This document shows, piece after piece, positions 29,167 through 43,900 of a stretch of DNA of 64,000 bases (positions are counted from its first letter, which is position 1; every line of letters starts with the position of its first letter). The translations under genes and the position numbers were made by a program. The DNA is from the human T2T-CHM13v2.0 reference genome, Homo sapiens, in assembly GCF_009914755.1 (NCBI RefSeq), contig NC_060928.1. The stretch is one strand, 5' to 3'. Below the pieces are notes generated by a model. It saw only the letters and a program-made list of their open reading frames with translations, was not told the origin of the DNA and searched no databases.

Positions 29167-29529
29167 GAAAACAGACAAACACAAGTAAGAACATGCTGCA
29201 CAAACTCCTACCAGTGCCTTTTAAATACAGTTAGGTTATGAATGACAATGTCACAAAATAGAAGAGACTAAGGAAACATGACAGCAAAGTGCCAAATCAG
29301 ATCCTGGATTGGATTCTGGAACAAAAGCAGCACAGTGAAATTAGAATAAAATCTTTATTTCAGTTTATAGTATTGTATCAATGTTTCTTTCTTAGTTTTG
29401 ATGTATACTATGATTATGTAAGATGTTAACTAAAGGGTAATCTGGGTGTTGAATATAGAAATTCTCTGCCATGCTTTTGCAACTCTTGTGTAAGTCTAAA
29501 ATTAACTCAAGATTAAAAGTTGAAAAGAA

Positions 29530-30210
29530 AGTATTGCTGAGGCTATGAAGCAACAGGTACTCATGCACTGATGTTCATCATCATTATGAAAGGCAAATAG
29601 TTACAACCACTTTGGAAAACCACTTAGCCTTTTGTCAAAGTGACTGTAAATATGCCCTATTATGTATTAGTAACAATTCTACTTCTAGGGATATAACACG
29701 GATTTGCATACTTAGGTGCTTCAAAAGATATGTACAAGAATGTGCATGGCAGCATTATTTAAAACAACAAAAAGCTAGAAACAAGCCCAATATCCATCAA
29801 TAGAAAAATGATACATTTTGGCACTTTCATACAGTGAAATTCTGTGAAGCAACACAAATGAACCAACTACTGCCACATGAAACAACATGCATGGTTTCCA
29901 TAAGTGTTATGTTGACTGAAAGAAGCTAAACACAAAATAATATTCATTGGGTAATGTAATTTACATGAAGTTAAAAATAGGCAAACTAATGTATGGTGTT
30001 AGAGGTCAGAAAAGAGTGGTCATCATAGCAGAGGAGGAAGGATCTCACGTTAGGGAGGGGACATAAAAGATGCTGTGGGATGCTGGTAAGCTTCCAGTTC
30101 TTGAGCTGGTAGTTGTATGAATGTATTCATTTTTGGAAAATTCATCAAGCTGCACACATTAAGATCTGTGTCTTTTTTGTATGCATATTATAAATTTTAA
30201 TAAAAGTAAA
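29530..30210 (+). mobile_element. L1ME-type 3' fragment
   Basis: ttacaaccactttggaaaac; gcagcattattt; ggcaaactaatgtatggtgttagaggtcag; gaaaattcatcaagctgcacac. Confidence 0.7.
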
Positions 30211-30399
30211 GTTTGTTTTTATGTGTTAAGACAAAGGATTATTTGGTTGCTCTGCTGAGAATATACCTTAGAAATACTGGAATGGAAGCAGAGTGATCAG
30301 TTAGGAGATAATTTCACATTACAAAAATTTAAACTATTTTACTTATGAGGTTTTAGAAAAGGAGAAAGAATACTGGATTGCAACAGCATGTCAAGAGAT

Positions 30400-31600
30400 G
30401 ATTGAAAATTGTTCTAAAGTCCTAATATTCCTCAGGAGTAGGTTAAGATTGATTAACCTTTGTTAATCATGAATGTTAAAATATCAGAAATGACCATTAA
30501 AGGCATACAAATAAATTTAAAAATAGATTTTCTTCCTCCAAAGAAGTAGAAGAGAAAAATAGAATGAAGGAAAAAACAATTGAAAAAAGGCAAGGGGAAA
30601 AAAAATCACAGAAAAGTGAGAATTAGAAACCACAAAGTAAGATGGTAGAAACAAGTTTAAATATCAGCAATCAAAAATGAATAAATGAACTGACTTCCTT
30701 TCAGAGAAGAGAATTCTCAGCTCAGGGAATAAATCCAGTCTTATGCTGTTTTCAAAGTGGCAAACCTAAAATACAAGCTGTTAAAAGGCTAAAAGTAAAA
30801 AGATGCAGAGATATACTGAGCAACTATTAATCAAAACAAAGCTAGGGTATCTGTTTAATTTTATGCCAAAGAACTCATAGAGATAAAAAGGGAGTGGGGA
30901 TCATGACTTAATGATAAAGTTTCAATATAGAAGACCTATGTATTCAAAACTTGTAGCAACTTGTAAAATAGCTTAAAATTATAAAAAAAAAAAAAGCCAC
31001 ACTAGAGCTACAGAGAGAAATAGATACCCCAGCATTGTTTCAACACATCTTTTTATATTATTCTTAGGTAAAGGAGACCAAAAAAAAATTATGACAATAA
31101 GAAAGTGGTGAGAATACTAGCTTCATTTAGAGGAAATACATAGGTCCTTGGATCTGACAAACAGAAAATTCCCATTCTTCTCAGGCACACATGAACCATC
31201 TTTAAAATGGGTGAGGGGCAAATAGTAGGTAATTCTCTACTAATTTCAAAGAATAGATATCATCCAGATTATGTACTCTGGCCACGATGAAATTACTACA
31301 AAACAAAAACAAAAGATCTATTTTAAATCATATACTTTAAAGTTTTTTTTTAAAAAAGCATTGCTCAAAACTCATTAAGAAAGAAGATATCATACTGAAA
31401 TAAGAATTTTGAACTGAACACTAATAAAATTACTTCATATTAAAACTTTGCAACACAATACAAGTAAATGTTTGAGGGAAATTTTTGTCTTAAATGTTTT
31501 ACATGCAAGAAGCTATAAACAAATTGCAAACCAAAAAAATAAATAAATAAATAACTATTTTTAAAAGTAAGTAAGAAAAACAGACTACATCCAGATCAAT
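30400..31600 (+). mobile_element. Highly decayed L1M ORF2 endonuclease-region fragment
   Basis: tatgctgttttcaa...aggctaaaagtaaaaagatg; cattcttctcaggcacacatgaac; ctctggccacgatgaaatt. Confidence 0.55.
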
Positions 31601-32355
31601 GATGAGGAGACACAGGTGGTGAGAGAGAAAAAGAAGTCTCAAAAAAGAAAAATGTGGCCATTATTTTTATTTTTTGAAAAAAATGTTGAGTATAGAATTG
31701 TGGAAGCACAGATTTGTAAACAAAGGCTGAAGACAGCTCAGTTGTAGAGATAGGAACTTCTGAGAGAGGGACGCCCTCACCTGTAGCTCTTCAGGACTGA
31801 GAAAATAAACAACTGCCATCATGGAAGGGGACAACAGAAGGGTACATGTTCTTAAGCCAGATTCAGGCCTCAGCTCAGTAAGAAGGTGAAAGGAGCTTTC
31901 TGTGAAGAAACTAAGGGTGTGAAGCTTTGTTTATCATGATACAGAGGTCCCAGAGGAAGGAAAGAAAAGATTTGGAAGGGAGTAAAGAAGTGGGAAAGCG
32001 AGTCTGGGAAAAACTGCATGATATTAATAGTATTAATAGTACTAGAATGAGCGCACATGAGAGGAACAGACATGAGGCTTTCTTATGGACTTTGGTTAAG
32101 AAAAAGAAAATGTGAGGCTCAAGGTGTTTTATGTCCCTAAGGCTCTGAAGGAAACTCAGAAGGAATGGTGTATTAACACTCCCACAGGCTAAAGATCCTG
32201 ACATACTATAAGCTTGTTAATTCTGACAAAATGTAGCCCTTGGCCAAAGTTCCAACAGAGCACTGTTACAAAATAATTGAGAACTTTCTGAAGTCCTTCT
32301 GGCAAAAAGCAGCAAATCAAAGGACTCCGGTGACTCTTAGAATCAGCTAAGAACT

Positions 32356-32719
<364 letters not shown>

Positions 32720-33339
32720 CTAGTTTTACTGGTTTCCAGGACATTTTCCTGGTATGAATCTCTGGCAAGAGTGGATTTTGACCTCGGTTGATGGAGGCAG
32801 TTCAGTTTGTTTCAAAACTTAACAGTTGTGTGACCTAGTCTGAAATATTTAAAATTTCTTCGTTTTTCCCCTTTATATTTAAAATTTAAAATTGATACAG
32901 GGTCCTTGAGATGACTGCTGATAACACAGAATAGTGCCTAGCCTTGAAGGCGCCTGCTACATAGGGGGTAGTTCATAAATTGTAACTCATCATTAGTATT
33001 AACACTTGTTGCAGATTATTACTTATCTACAAGTTACAAGCATGCTTATGTGCTTTAAAAATCACCAGTCCTTTAGCACACAAGTACATGACAACCACTA
33101 CCCCTTAGCCAGAGTCTACCAGATCAATAATTTCACTTCCTTTACTGCATCCTGTTGACCAGGTCCAGCTTCCACTTCAAAGTTACCTCACGTTGTCCAC
33201 ATTGATACTGCCGCCATCTCTCCCAGGAGATGTGGAGAGGGAAGTGGGACAGTCAGCAGCCTTTTATGCTGCCCTTTATATGCTTGCTCTAATTCTTTTA
33301 CGCTGTGCTCTGCTTGCCTCTCTTTTATCCCGCTCTTGA

Positions 33340-33750
33340 TTCATTCATTTATCAAACAGTTATTGAGTGTCCGTGTACTAGGTTGAATACTAGGGATACA
33401 AAGTTGACAAAGGCATAGTCATGCCCTTAAGAATATCACAGTCCAGTGGGAGAAGGAGACGTGAGCAGATAACTGCAGTGCAATTAGGTAAGTGCTACTG
33501 GAAGGTTTCCATGGTACTTTTGGGAGCAACTAACACTTCTGGGGCAGATAGACAAAGTCTCACAGAGGTATCTGAGCAACTTTTAAAAAGGTGGGTAAGG
33601 GGATTACCAATCCAGGAGATGGAGGTGAGGATAGGGAAGGAAAAGAGAAAGAAAAGAAAACTACCAGAGACTGAAGCATTGAGCAGAGAGAGGGTGGATG
33701 GGTTCCAGTAGAGAAAAGCATGGGCATTTAACTTCACTGCAGGATTTTAG
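33340..33750 (-). mobile_element. L2 LINE 3' fragment
   Basis: attcattcatttatcaaacagttattgagtg...gcccttaagaatatcacagtccagtgggag. Confidence 0.7.
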
Positions 33751-36700
33751 GGGGAGGCTTAAGAAAAAAAAAAATGATATTCAGGAAAAAAATGAAGTAA
33801 TATTTCTCAAGGACATATTGCTTGAATTAGAAGAAAAAAATTTCCATAAGATTGCCCAAGAAAAGAACATATGTGTTCACTATAATTCGCACTGGAAAAT
33901 TGAAATCTTTTAGATTCATGTTATACTTTATAGAAATGCAGTGGTGAACAAAAATTATCAAGGCATATTTAGGCATCATTTGGGAAAGTTTTAGTTTAGC
34001 TTGCATAAAACATACTTTTATTCTTTTTCTGCCTTCTTTGGTGAGTAGGCAGACTGCACTATAATCTCTTATGAGTGTTATTGTAATGAAAAGAAAAAGG
34101 ATGACCATGGCAACCCAATGTCCCCATTCACATCTCCAAAGCCTTTACATTTCTTTTACCTTTTGAAAAAAAAATTAAAAGTTTAAAAGACTTTTACCAC
34201 CTCTTTTGCCCCATCAAAAAGAAACATTATAGCAAAGTAGGTCCAACCCAATGAGAACCAGCAAAAACACAACTTTCTCACTTTCACGTTCACTCACAAG
34301 ACCAGTGGGTTACACAGGAGTTGCTGGGAAAAGCTTCTCTCAAGAGTTATTGAGCAGAAACTTCCAACTCTAGGCCCTGAAAGGTAACCATACTATAAAA
34401 TAAAACAGAGGAAAAATGTCCTAGGACTGATAAGGAGCAGGAAGAATATGTTAATTGTGGTGAAAAATGACCCGAAACATAACTTTTGACTACTTTTTCT
34501 GTTTTCTTCCTTGTCCCTAGATCCTCTCCCTAGCTCTTACAACAAATACCCAGTTCCTGTGGGTTTGTAACATCTCGTTATTCCTGAAGGAACAGATCTG
34601 GAAGAAGGCAGACTTTTCTGTAAGCCCAAAAATTCTTCAGGGTTCCTGGTAGGTTGATATTATATTCCAGACCAAGAAAATAAGAGAAGAAAGGCAGAAT
34701 AAATTTTGTATTATTTTCTCACAAATATTTACAGGTCAAAGTCCCTAATCCTTAGCTACCGCTTAGGGTTGTCGTGTGTCAGCAGGGTTAGCCTGGATTT
34801 GTTTCATCTTGGTTAGAAAGCTGGTATCAGCAATTCTACTGAATATTAGAAACGTGTTTGTTTCCTGGACATATGGATCATACACACATCATGTCTTTTT
34901 GTCCTGTGGAGTTTTATTCTAACATTTATGTTGAGACAAAGATAGGCCCTATTTAGATTCTAAATCATTAGTACAAGAAGATGTTTTAGAGATCATCTAA
35001 TGAATGAAACCACTCATTTTTTGTGGAAATTGAAACACCTTAACTTGGTATCTAATATTGCGGAACAGTAAACAGTTTAATTTTAACGTGTGTAAGCTAC
35101 AAGAGTTTCAGTACCTTTAAGAAGAAGAGGAGGGGATATTTTAATTACTGTAAAGCAACTCATGATCACAAAACAAATATTTTCATACTATTTTGTAAAT
35201 AACACTAAACTCTTTTTATCTCCATCAGCCTCAACCACGTGGTACCATTTTGCATGCAGACCACTCAGGCTGAGGAGCATTAAATTTAATTTGTGCTAAA
35301 GTTGAAGGTGGAAAAGCGTGAAATTAACTTGATACATTTTTATGGCATTTTCTGTCTCCTAGCTTCTCTGAGCCTTTCCAATCCAGAATGATTTGATTGG
35401 CTGTGTCAGGATCTCCCCATCCCTGGAACTTCCCTCTACTCTCTGTTCGGTGAAACTTTGAGGTCTGTGCATGTGTAGCCCATTCTACCTTTGCCCACGG
35501 GTGACCCAGCTGAAGAAAATGCTGATTTATTTGGCTTGGTATTTACTTTGGCCAAGCTTCAGTCTGTGCTCAAGGTTCACTCTTCTTGGTGATTCATCCT
35601 TTCAGGAATATGTGTGTGAACAGCAAAAGATGAGTCAACTCATTCAAGAAATCATTCAGCATGGTCCAAATAGCTTGCAAAGATTTTGAGAGAAAGCTAA
35701 ACCTTTTATAAGGCTATACGGTAAATAGTAACTTTCCAGCAATCAGTTGCTAGTATAACACCTACAAACTTTCAAGGTTTTTACAGATATGCCTCAATCT
35801 CTGGGGATAAAGCTGAGATATTCCATATTGTATTCATCAAGGAAGCACTTCTACACAATTTAAAAAACCCATAGAGCAAGAGCTGATTGAAGGCAATTAT
35901 GTTTAGAGAGAGACAGATGGAAATGAGACTGTGGGTTGCCTACTGTAGATTTCATTTAGTGACCATTTGTTAAGTGTTATAAAAAATGTCTACACCAGGA
36001 AATGTAAGCACTCCTATCCTATTATTACAAGTCTTGGAAGACATTGCTATCAATTCTGTTCATCTTCTGATATGATCATTCAAATAGTATTATTTAAATA
36101 ACATGGTTGTACAGAGATTTTGGAGTTTCGTGAGGATAGCTTTGCAATGGGGTATATTTGCAATATTGAAGAGGATAATAAAAACAAAAATGAAATGTAT
36201 AAATACCACAAATTGAGAATTTTACCTTATTACATTAGTATTTAAAAGGTAATCATGAATGAATATTTTGTGCATGTTTACAGAAATAACCATGTAGTAA
36301 TTTTGTAAAGGTACCTATTTAAAATTTATTATGCTCATGGCCATGTGTCTTTTCCAGTACTGGCCAGTTTGCCCTTAAAGAAACTCTTTTACCCCACAAA
36401 ATAATTTATCTTTTTTTCAAGAGAACATGTTTTTTACCCCAAATAGGACTTGTACTCCACTTGCCAATACCCAATACAAACCAAATCTTCTGCATTAATT
36501 GATTCTGTCTGCTGTACAGGGACATTTCCACAGGTGGTGGGCTCTAGTGGTGCAAGTGTTATGTGACATCATGCATTCATATCTGATACATGTAAATAAA
36601 TAAGTTTACATTTGCTCATGCCTGGATTTTATCAAACTTATAAATAAAGGCCTTCCTGTTTCTAAAAGGACTGTAGAAAAAAAATCAAATGATTCAGTCT

Positions 36701-36919
36701 CATGGCAAGGCCTTTCAAAGAAAGATTAAAGGGCTTCATAATAAACCTATAATTTGGGAAAATAAGATCAGTGCCTTTCCATTAATATTGGAAATATTAA
36801 GAACACCAATAACATGGAGAGAAAAAGTAGAAATAAGAGAATATTTATGTGTTGAGAAAGAAGGGGTAGACTTATTTGTCCTTTAAAAGAATAGTTGAAT
36901 AAGAAACTCACAAGATAGG

Positions 36920-37860
36920 AATTTTTTTATCCTCGTTGAACAAATGAGAAAACTGAGGATCTGCAAAAGTGTTACTTGTCAATAGTTATACCAATAGAAT
37001 ACAGCAGAACTAAGATGGAACCCAGTTCTAACAATCTGCAGAACTTAATCCTTGTAAACTTAAGGAAAGTATCTCAGAGAAGATTATGTCTATGTTAAAG
37101 TTTGAAGAAAGAATTAAAGCCTGATTTATGAACACCTAGGTAAACATTAGAGAAAGAGTATTCTAGGCAGAGGGTGAGTAATTACAATTATAGCTATAGT
37201 TTATAGCATTTACTTTGTGTAGACACCTAATGCACAAGGTACATAACTATTAAATAAACACACATTGAACCTCCTAACAATCTAACAAAGTAAGAAGACA
37301 AAATGAAGACCAGGTAAGGTTTCAGTAATCCATTATAGTTATGACATGTCAGAGCCTGACTTGAAGCTGAGTCTGAAGGATCCCCAAAGTCTGTGCCCTT
37401 TCTAAATTCTTAGGGTCACTAGCATAGCTGGATCAGAGGTGATGGGAGAAAAAATGGTAGAATTGAGGCTGTTGAGTAGAACAGAGGGCAGGTCACAAAA
37501 AGCTGTGATAACAAAGCTAGGGTGTTTATGACTTATTCTTGACTAATGAGAAGTCTTTGAAAGATATTAAATGAAGACATGACATGATCATATTTGTGTT
37601 TTAAGGTCATTCTGGGTAACGGATAAATTGGAGAGGCTTACTCAAATTATGAGGCAGAGACCTGTTAGTAGACTATTTAAATCACCCAAAGCAATAAATA
37701 CTATTTAGTTAAGTAGCCATGGAATTGGCGTAGACAAGAAGGGTTCTAAATGTATCAAAGAGGTAAAATGACAAGGTATAGAGACTAGCAGATTTTCTTG
37801 CCAAGAAAGAACTTTATAGTGATTCCAGGTCTCTGATTTGGTTACTGGAAAAATCAAAGA
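36920..37860 (-). mobile_element. Interleaved MIR and L2 fragments
   Basis: aaatgagaaaactgagg (MIR core); gagtattctaggcagaggg and gacatgatcatatttgtgttttaag (L2). Confidence 0.55.
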
Positions 37861-38047
37861 CTATAATGGAGATTAAAGATATACAGTAGTCATTAGGAAG
37901 TAAATAATATCTAAGAAAGATCCAGTTATCAGCCTAGGTTCAAAATTCATGAAAAAATTTTGGTGTAGTGAAGATTAGAAAATGTTATTATTAGAATAAA
38001 TTTGGAGAACACATGAGAAAGCAAATTGCATTGAAATTACAATATAG

Positions 38048-38330
38048 AGCGGGGCACAGTGGCTCACGCCTGTAATCCCAGCACTTTGGAAGGCCAAGGA
38101 GGGCAGATCACCTGAGGTCAGGAGTTCAAGACCAGCCTGGCCAACATGGTATAACCCCATCTCTATTAAAAATACAAAAACTTGCCAGGCATGGTGTTGG
38201 GTGCCTGTAATCCCAGTTACTTAGGAGGCTGAGAGGGAGGATTGCTTGAACCTTGGAGGCAGAGGTTGCAGTGAGCCAAGATTGCACCTGCCCTCCAGCC
38301 TGGGTGACAGAGACTCCATCTAAAAAAAAA
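38048..38330 (+). mobile_element. AluS (Sx/Sz-like)
   Basis: Alu dimer; 14-bp TSD aaattacaatatag (38034-38047, 38331-38344). Confidence 0.94.
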
Positions 38331-40684
38331 AAATTACAATATAGGTGATTTTTGCATTTACAAGCATTTTATTTGTGTTTATATTTAATTTTGTCTACTT
38401 CACATCCCTAAAGCATACATTTCTTGACAGCAAGAATTTTATATTCTTGTTACCACTCAAATCTCTGCACATAGAATAGTCCCCAGCATAGACTAAGAAC
38501 TCAGTAAATATGTGTGGGATGGATGACTGTGCATTGCATATGCTTGAGATCCTGACTAGAGGAATCCTCATAGTTTATGCAGCATCTTCAGCCAAGTGTT
38601 AATGTGCTGTTTATTTCCTGTCCTGATGAATGAAATCGGGTTTATTTCTGACATTCTGACAAATAGAAAATGTGATAACAAAACTCTCTGAACTCTGGTG
38701 CTACCTTCTTCCTCCAAATAATGAGTACCAAATAAATTCTCATATTAGGCACTCTTCAAACTCCCTAGAAAAATCAATAATACAAAGTGATGAGACTAAG
38801 GTTAGATTATTGATTCATCAATTAATATTCTTTTAACTTTTCTGACAAGAGATGGTCTCTTCAAGGCCACTGATAGCCACCTAATCTCTACTCCTTTTCC
38901 TAATCTTTATTCTCCTTGTTGTTTCATTTAACCTTGAAGGTCGCCCAGCATGGCCAGGGTCTCAAACCGTCTAATTCAATCTGCTCTAATGGAGTCAAGC
39001 TGACAGTAAAGAGAAGATCAGAAACAGCGAGTCTAATCTACCTATATGGGAGAAAATTCAGCAAACAGGAACCAGCTCAGAGACCAAGAAAACCAAACAA
39101 GGTTATTAACCCACATCAGAACACCAGAGAGATAACAAGAAGTTGGTTCCAAGATGAAAAATGCAAGAGAGAAGCAGATTGTGGAATAAAAGAGAGGATG
39201 TTCCATGTTCATATACACCTGATTGTAGTTAGAGCCTCACCCTTCCTTTCTATCTCAGCAGGGACCTTCTGGAAAAGCTTTTCATTCTGTGCACTTTTCT
39301 TTCTCTGGCTTTCTTTGTCTCTAGATTTTCTTTGTTCTGTGCCTGATCTGTCATAATCCTCTGAGGTTTTATTCTCATTCCTCTGCATCCCCCCCTGAAA
39401 AAATCTTATTTTCTTACAATTTCAGGTATCCCATAATACTAATTATGGCTAAGCACCTCTTTGTTTCTATGTGGATCTTTTCTTGAATCCTTGTTTCATA
39501 CCATTAACTGCATACAAAATATCTCTATTTAGAAATGATATTGCAATTTCAAACTCAACTGTATGAAAGTATTTTTATTGGTATCTTAAAAACACATTTC
39601 CACTGATAATACCAATATTTGAGTACTCCTCACCTTGTGTTCAGATTACTGCAATGCATTCCTATCAGGTAATTCTTCCTTCAATCTCCTGCACCTCAAA
39701 TCCAACTTATTAATATCTTCAAATTTAAAAGAATTAAATTCCATTTTTAGCATATTATCCCTCTGATTGAAAGGAAAAAATCTTAATTTTTTTGTTACAA
39801 TAAAATTTCTTAACTTAAAATCAGCTGAGAACTCTTGCTGTGTTTGAGGTTACAAAAGTGCTTAACTAGAGACTGTAACAACACTATTCAGCCAACAACA
39901 GGGGTTATTTTTAGAATCCTACTTACCATTAGAATTCTAAATTTGAACCTGGACTTGCAGGTTACTATGAGGACATATTTGTCAATGTTGGAGAATGCAA
40001 CATATTATATTTAACAATTTGTTTTCCTAGTTTGTTATTTCATGTATGTAGGTATAATATGCAATTGTACTCCTGCCCCACCCTTGAAAATCTAGTGGAT
40101 GAGCCTAGAGAGAAACCTGAGGAATCTGATAAGACATGAGCAGAGGCAGAAACTTCAGCAATTGTGGTGGCAACAGCCACAAGGGAGTGTATGAGGTAAA
40201 GTTTGAAGATCTACTAATACATTTAAGTTAGAAGATTGAGGAATAAAGTCTATATTCATTAACCCATCATTACTAACCCTTCATACAGTTCATCAAACAT
40301 TCTTCGCTCGTGCTTTTAAAATGGAATACCATGCTCTGCCTCCCCTTTCCCACTTCACCCCACCTGCACCTCACATACCCTGACTGCTTTGAATCTTTCT
40401 GCAAACACTGAGTACTCAACCTTCTATAAACTCCTACTCTACTCCCTATACTACATTTTTCTCCTAACTCCTAAGGCACATTTTTGTCTATCTTGGTCAT
40501 TTGGAAATTAGCATTCCCAATTTTATTCAGCCTTTTAAACTTCTTAATGTTATAAACACCATATACAAAAGCTCTTCTAGATTGTGATCTTGTTGAGTTA
40601 AAGTACCATGGCTTACTGATCTCTCTTAGTGAAGAGGGAATGTACCGAACCATGTTAAATACCCAGATGAAGTGAGTTAAAGTT

Positions 40685-40935
40685 ATTTTCCCAATGTTTG
40701 TTTCTTACGGGTGTTCCCTGAAAAAGGATTTAGCGTTAAAATAAGTTTGGGCAGTTTTTACAAAGTTAAGCATGTTTCTTTACTTCAATGCTTATCAGAG
40801 CCTTTAATATACTATTAAATATGATTAATATCTAAAAACGAATAATAGTGAAGAGTTGACCATATTTATTGACCTTTTTTTCAAGAATATCTTACACAGC
40901 TAGTGTTACATAATAGATACTTTTGAAAAGCCTGG
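40685..40935. mobile_element. hAT-Charlie nonautonomous element (Charlie4-like)
   Basis: tttcccaatg...aaataagtttggg...caaagttaagcatgtttctttac...tcagagcctttaatatacta. Confidence 0.5.
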
Positions 40936-43900
40936 CTTAAAAGCTAGTCCTCAATCAACTATCTACATATGTATTATTCATATGTAGTATATAATACCAA
41001 ATTTTCGTATGTATTCAAAAGGCTACTTTTTACTTTGACATCCCCATTCCAACTCTGGGAAATTGTTCAGACTCTACAAAACTATCTGATACGCACATTT
41101 CCTGCTCACTCAGTCTTTAGAGATAAAAATTCAGGTCTCTTTTACAAAATATAGTGATGGACTGATCTCCATGTCCATTGATAAAAGATCCAGAGTGAAT
41201 AGCTTTATATCAAAACATGAAATATTACGATTCTAGTTATTAACTGGAATGTGTTAAGGAGGCAGATGAGAGATAGAATCTTTCGCTCTGAAGAGCATCT
41301 GATTTTTCATGGCTAAAAATGGTTTTGACATCTGTGAGGTGGACCTTATCAGGATTTCTTGGGTTGTAAGCATCCTGTGGACAGACACAACAGCTTTCTT
41401 AGTTTTATAAAGTATCTTAAGAGAACATCAGCTAAGAATATTGACAGTAACAATGAACAGAATGCTTTTTGCTCCCTCCCTCACAGAGATGCTGTGAAAA
41501 TTAATGACGGGCAGTCTGATAAGTTTCTTGAGCTCCTTTGGGTAAGATCATATAAAATGTAAAGTATTTTCACATAATGATGTTTTTGTCTAAGTCTGTA
41601 AGCATTTGTAAATTATATGATCTTAAAATACATGGTCAGTGAAGCATTAACTTCTTTGAGAGGCAGACAAATGAAGTTTATGATTGGCATGTGTGTCTGA
41701 ACATTAAGAAGCTACTTAGGCTGGGTCCAGTGGGTCATTGACTTAGTAGTTCTCTTTTCATTATTTACAGATATCAAAGTAATCTAAATTTTGGCATATC
41801 ACCTTCAGGGTCAACAGTAAGGAGGATGGCCAGCCCAGAAACACTCCCACTATTATCTTAGCTGACCTGCAAGTAACTACATTGAGAAAAACTCTATCTA
41901 ATTTGTGATAATGCCATGGAATTAAGGTTTCCATTAGTACTCTCAGACATTGTGGAGTATTTTCCTCAAATACTGTCACCTTCATTTTTTCTAATTGAAT
42001 TTCTCATTTTTGAAGCCAGAGTTTCTTTTATCAATACTGTTATTAGCATTTGCATTCCTATTTTTAACTCCCATTTCAAGGCATGCCTTGAAAACATTTT
42101 GTTGAAAGCAGTTATTTGCCATGTTTAGTGTGTTGCAGTTCGGCAAAATTGAAAAAATACCTCTACTGCATTAGTAACATAAGAACAAAAATGTATTTTA
42201 TCACTCTGGGTATGTAAACACTCAGAGAACAGAAAATCAAATAATAGAAAGAAGAGGAGACATAGTCTAATGGACTCAGCAGAGAATTAGGAGCCAAAAA
42301 TATCTCAGCTCTAACCTTGGCTCCGATACAGGGTTCTATGTCCTTGGGTCTGTTCTTTTCTCTTCATGGAAAAGAAGAACTGAAAAAAAAGTGCTTCATT
42401 GTGGTAGAAATGGGGAACAGCAGTTGGAAGAATCACAGACATTTCAGTATGATTTAAAGCAAGATTTTCACCTTAGCTGTACCACTGTTATATTTCTATC
42501 AATTGCTGTCACAAATTTGACACTGTCTCTGTTCATGCTGCCGTAATTCTAATTGTTTTGTCTCTATATCCTTTGAACTTGAATGCTTTCCGGGTACAAA
42601 TAAGTCATTTGAAAGACCTAAGTTAAACAGCCTTATCCTTTATTCTTGTTATGACAGTGGTATGCAGCTATACATTCCTTAAGGAGACAACCAGTTCAGG
42701 AAACAGAGTATACATGCCTTGTGGTGTCAAGTTTTTCTTAGGGTTTGACCAGGTTGAATATATTCTATTACACACAGTCACCATCTGTGATGTTTGGACA
42801 GAAAATAGAACACATAGTACCTCACCAGCATCTTGTATAAACCTGTCATTTTAATTAGTGAGAGACCATTTGTGTGAGGGCTTACACATCACCTCATGAA
42901 AAAAAAAATTATCTCCTCACATCAGCAAAACATTCCAAAACACAACTTAAAGGCAGGAACTGTGTGCTGCTCCTCTGTATTTCCAGCATCTAACAAAGTT
43001 TCGACAAAAAGAGTGGCCAAATAAGTGTTTATTAAATTGACATGTATAAGATTAAGTTTCTCTTCCTAACTATATAAGTAATAATGCTTATCCGAGCACC
43101 AGTAAAGGGAAAACTAATGGGTAAAAACAAGAATGAAGCTCCTTCGAGGTTCACTTTCACAGATGCACCTGCTGCTACCTTAGCCACCACCTCTTCCTCC
43201 CTCTCAGCACACGTGGGCACAGAGTGGACCACAGTGAGGACCCTGCTATTAGGGAACCCTTCTCCAGATGCAGTATCTTGGTATTCTTGACAAACTGCAG
43301 TGCAGTACATGTCGCCTCCTCTTCTGTCTCCACTTCTCCTATGGGTCTAAATAAGTTAGGAAGTATCTCCTCTTCCCACTACAATGGGCTTCTCAAAATT
43401 TCTCTGTGCAGTAGTGGAAAATGTCGCTCAACTACTTCAATCTTTCTCTACCTTGCAAGTTCACACTACCAACCCTCCCCTGTCCCCCAAGCTAAATGGA
43501 CAGATTGCTGCCTCCCCCAGAGTCTTCCTTTAGCCAGTTAGACCCTTTCTGTTGGAAGGCTTCCTCTGCAATGGAAAAGATACAATTTGAGTAAATCACT
43601 ACAGTTACTGCCCTAAAAGTATCCTTTTATTTGGGTTTTTGCATAAAGACACCGCCATATCTTTGGAAGATAAAATATGTACATACTTCCAAATTAAATT
43701 CCTTTTAAAATTCATGAGGTTCTTGGGGTTCTATATATAAACTGGAACTATTAGGGAATAGACTTTCTTCCCAGAATATTCCTTTGTTGGGCCTCTTTCC
43801 TTCCCTGTCTCACTCAAATGAGACAAAGGCAAAATGTTACTGTCTCCCAAGGAGCTTGGTTTTACCAAATGTGCAAGTGGAAAGGCCCACATAAAGCTTC

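Noticed and set aside
34521-34648. Plus-strand exon-like segment with an open frame (a similar one at 52503-52626)
   Set aside because: Open frames of about 40 codons between AG and GT arise often by chance; peptides unrecognisable and not linkable.
36528-36553. Possible CTCF motif
   Set aside because: The core GG positions are mismatched; too weak to call.
38916-39356. 146-aa plus-strand ORF, the longest outside obvious repeats
   Set aside because: Non-ATG start, no recognisable domain, and the C-terminal part is a pyrimidine tract; consistent with a chance ORF in 64 kb.
43032-43541. Overlapping 68-105 aa ORFs in a more GC-rich patch, including AAGASVKV, which loosely recalls NXPE-family AGASGKV
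   Set aside because: The match is only a few residues, neighbouring NXPE motifs are absent and there are no convincing splice sites; possibly an unrecognised old repeat.
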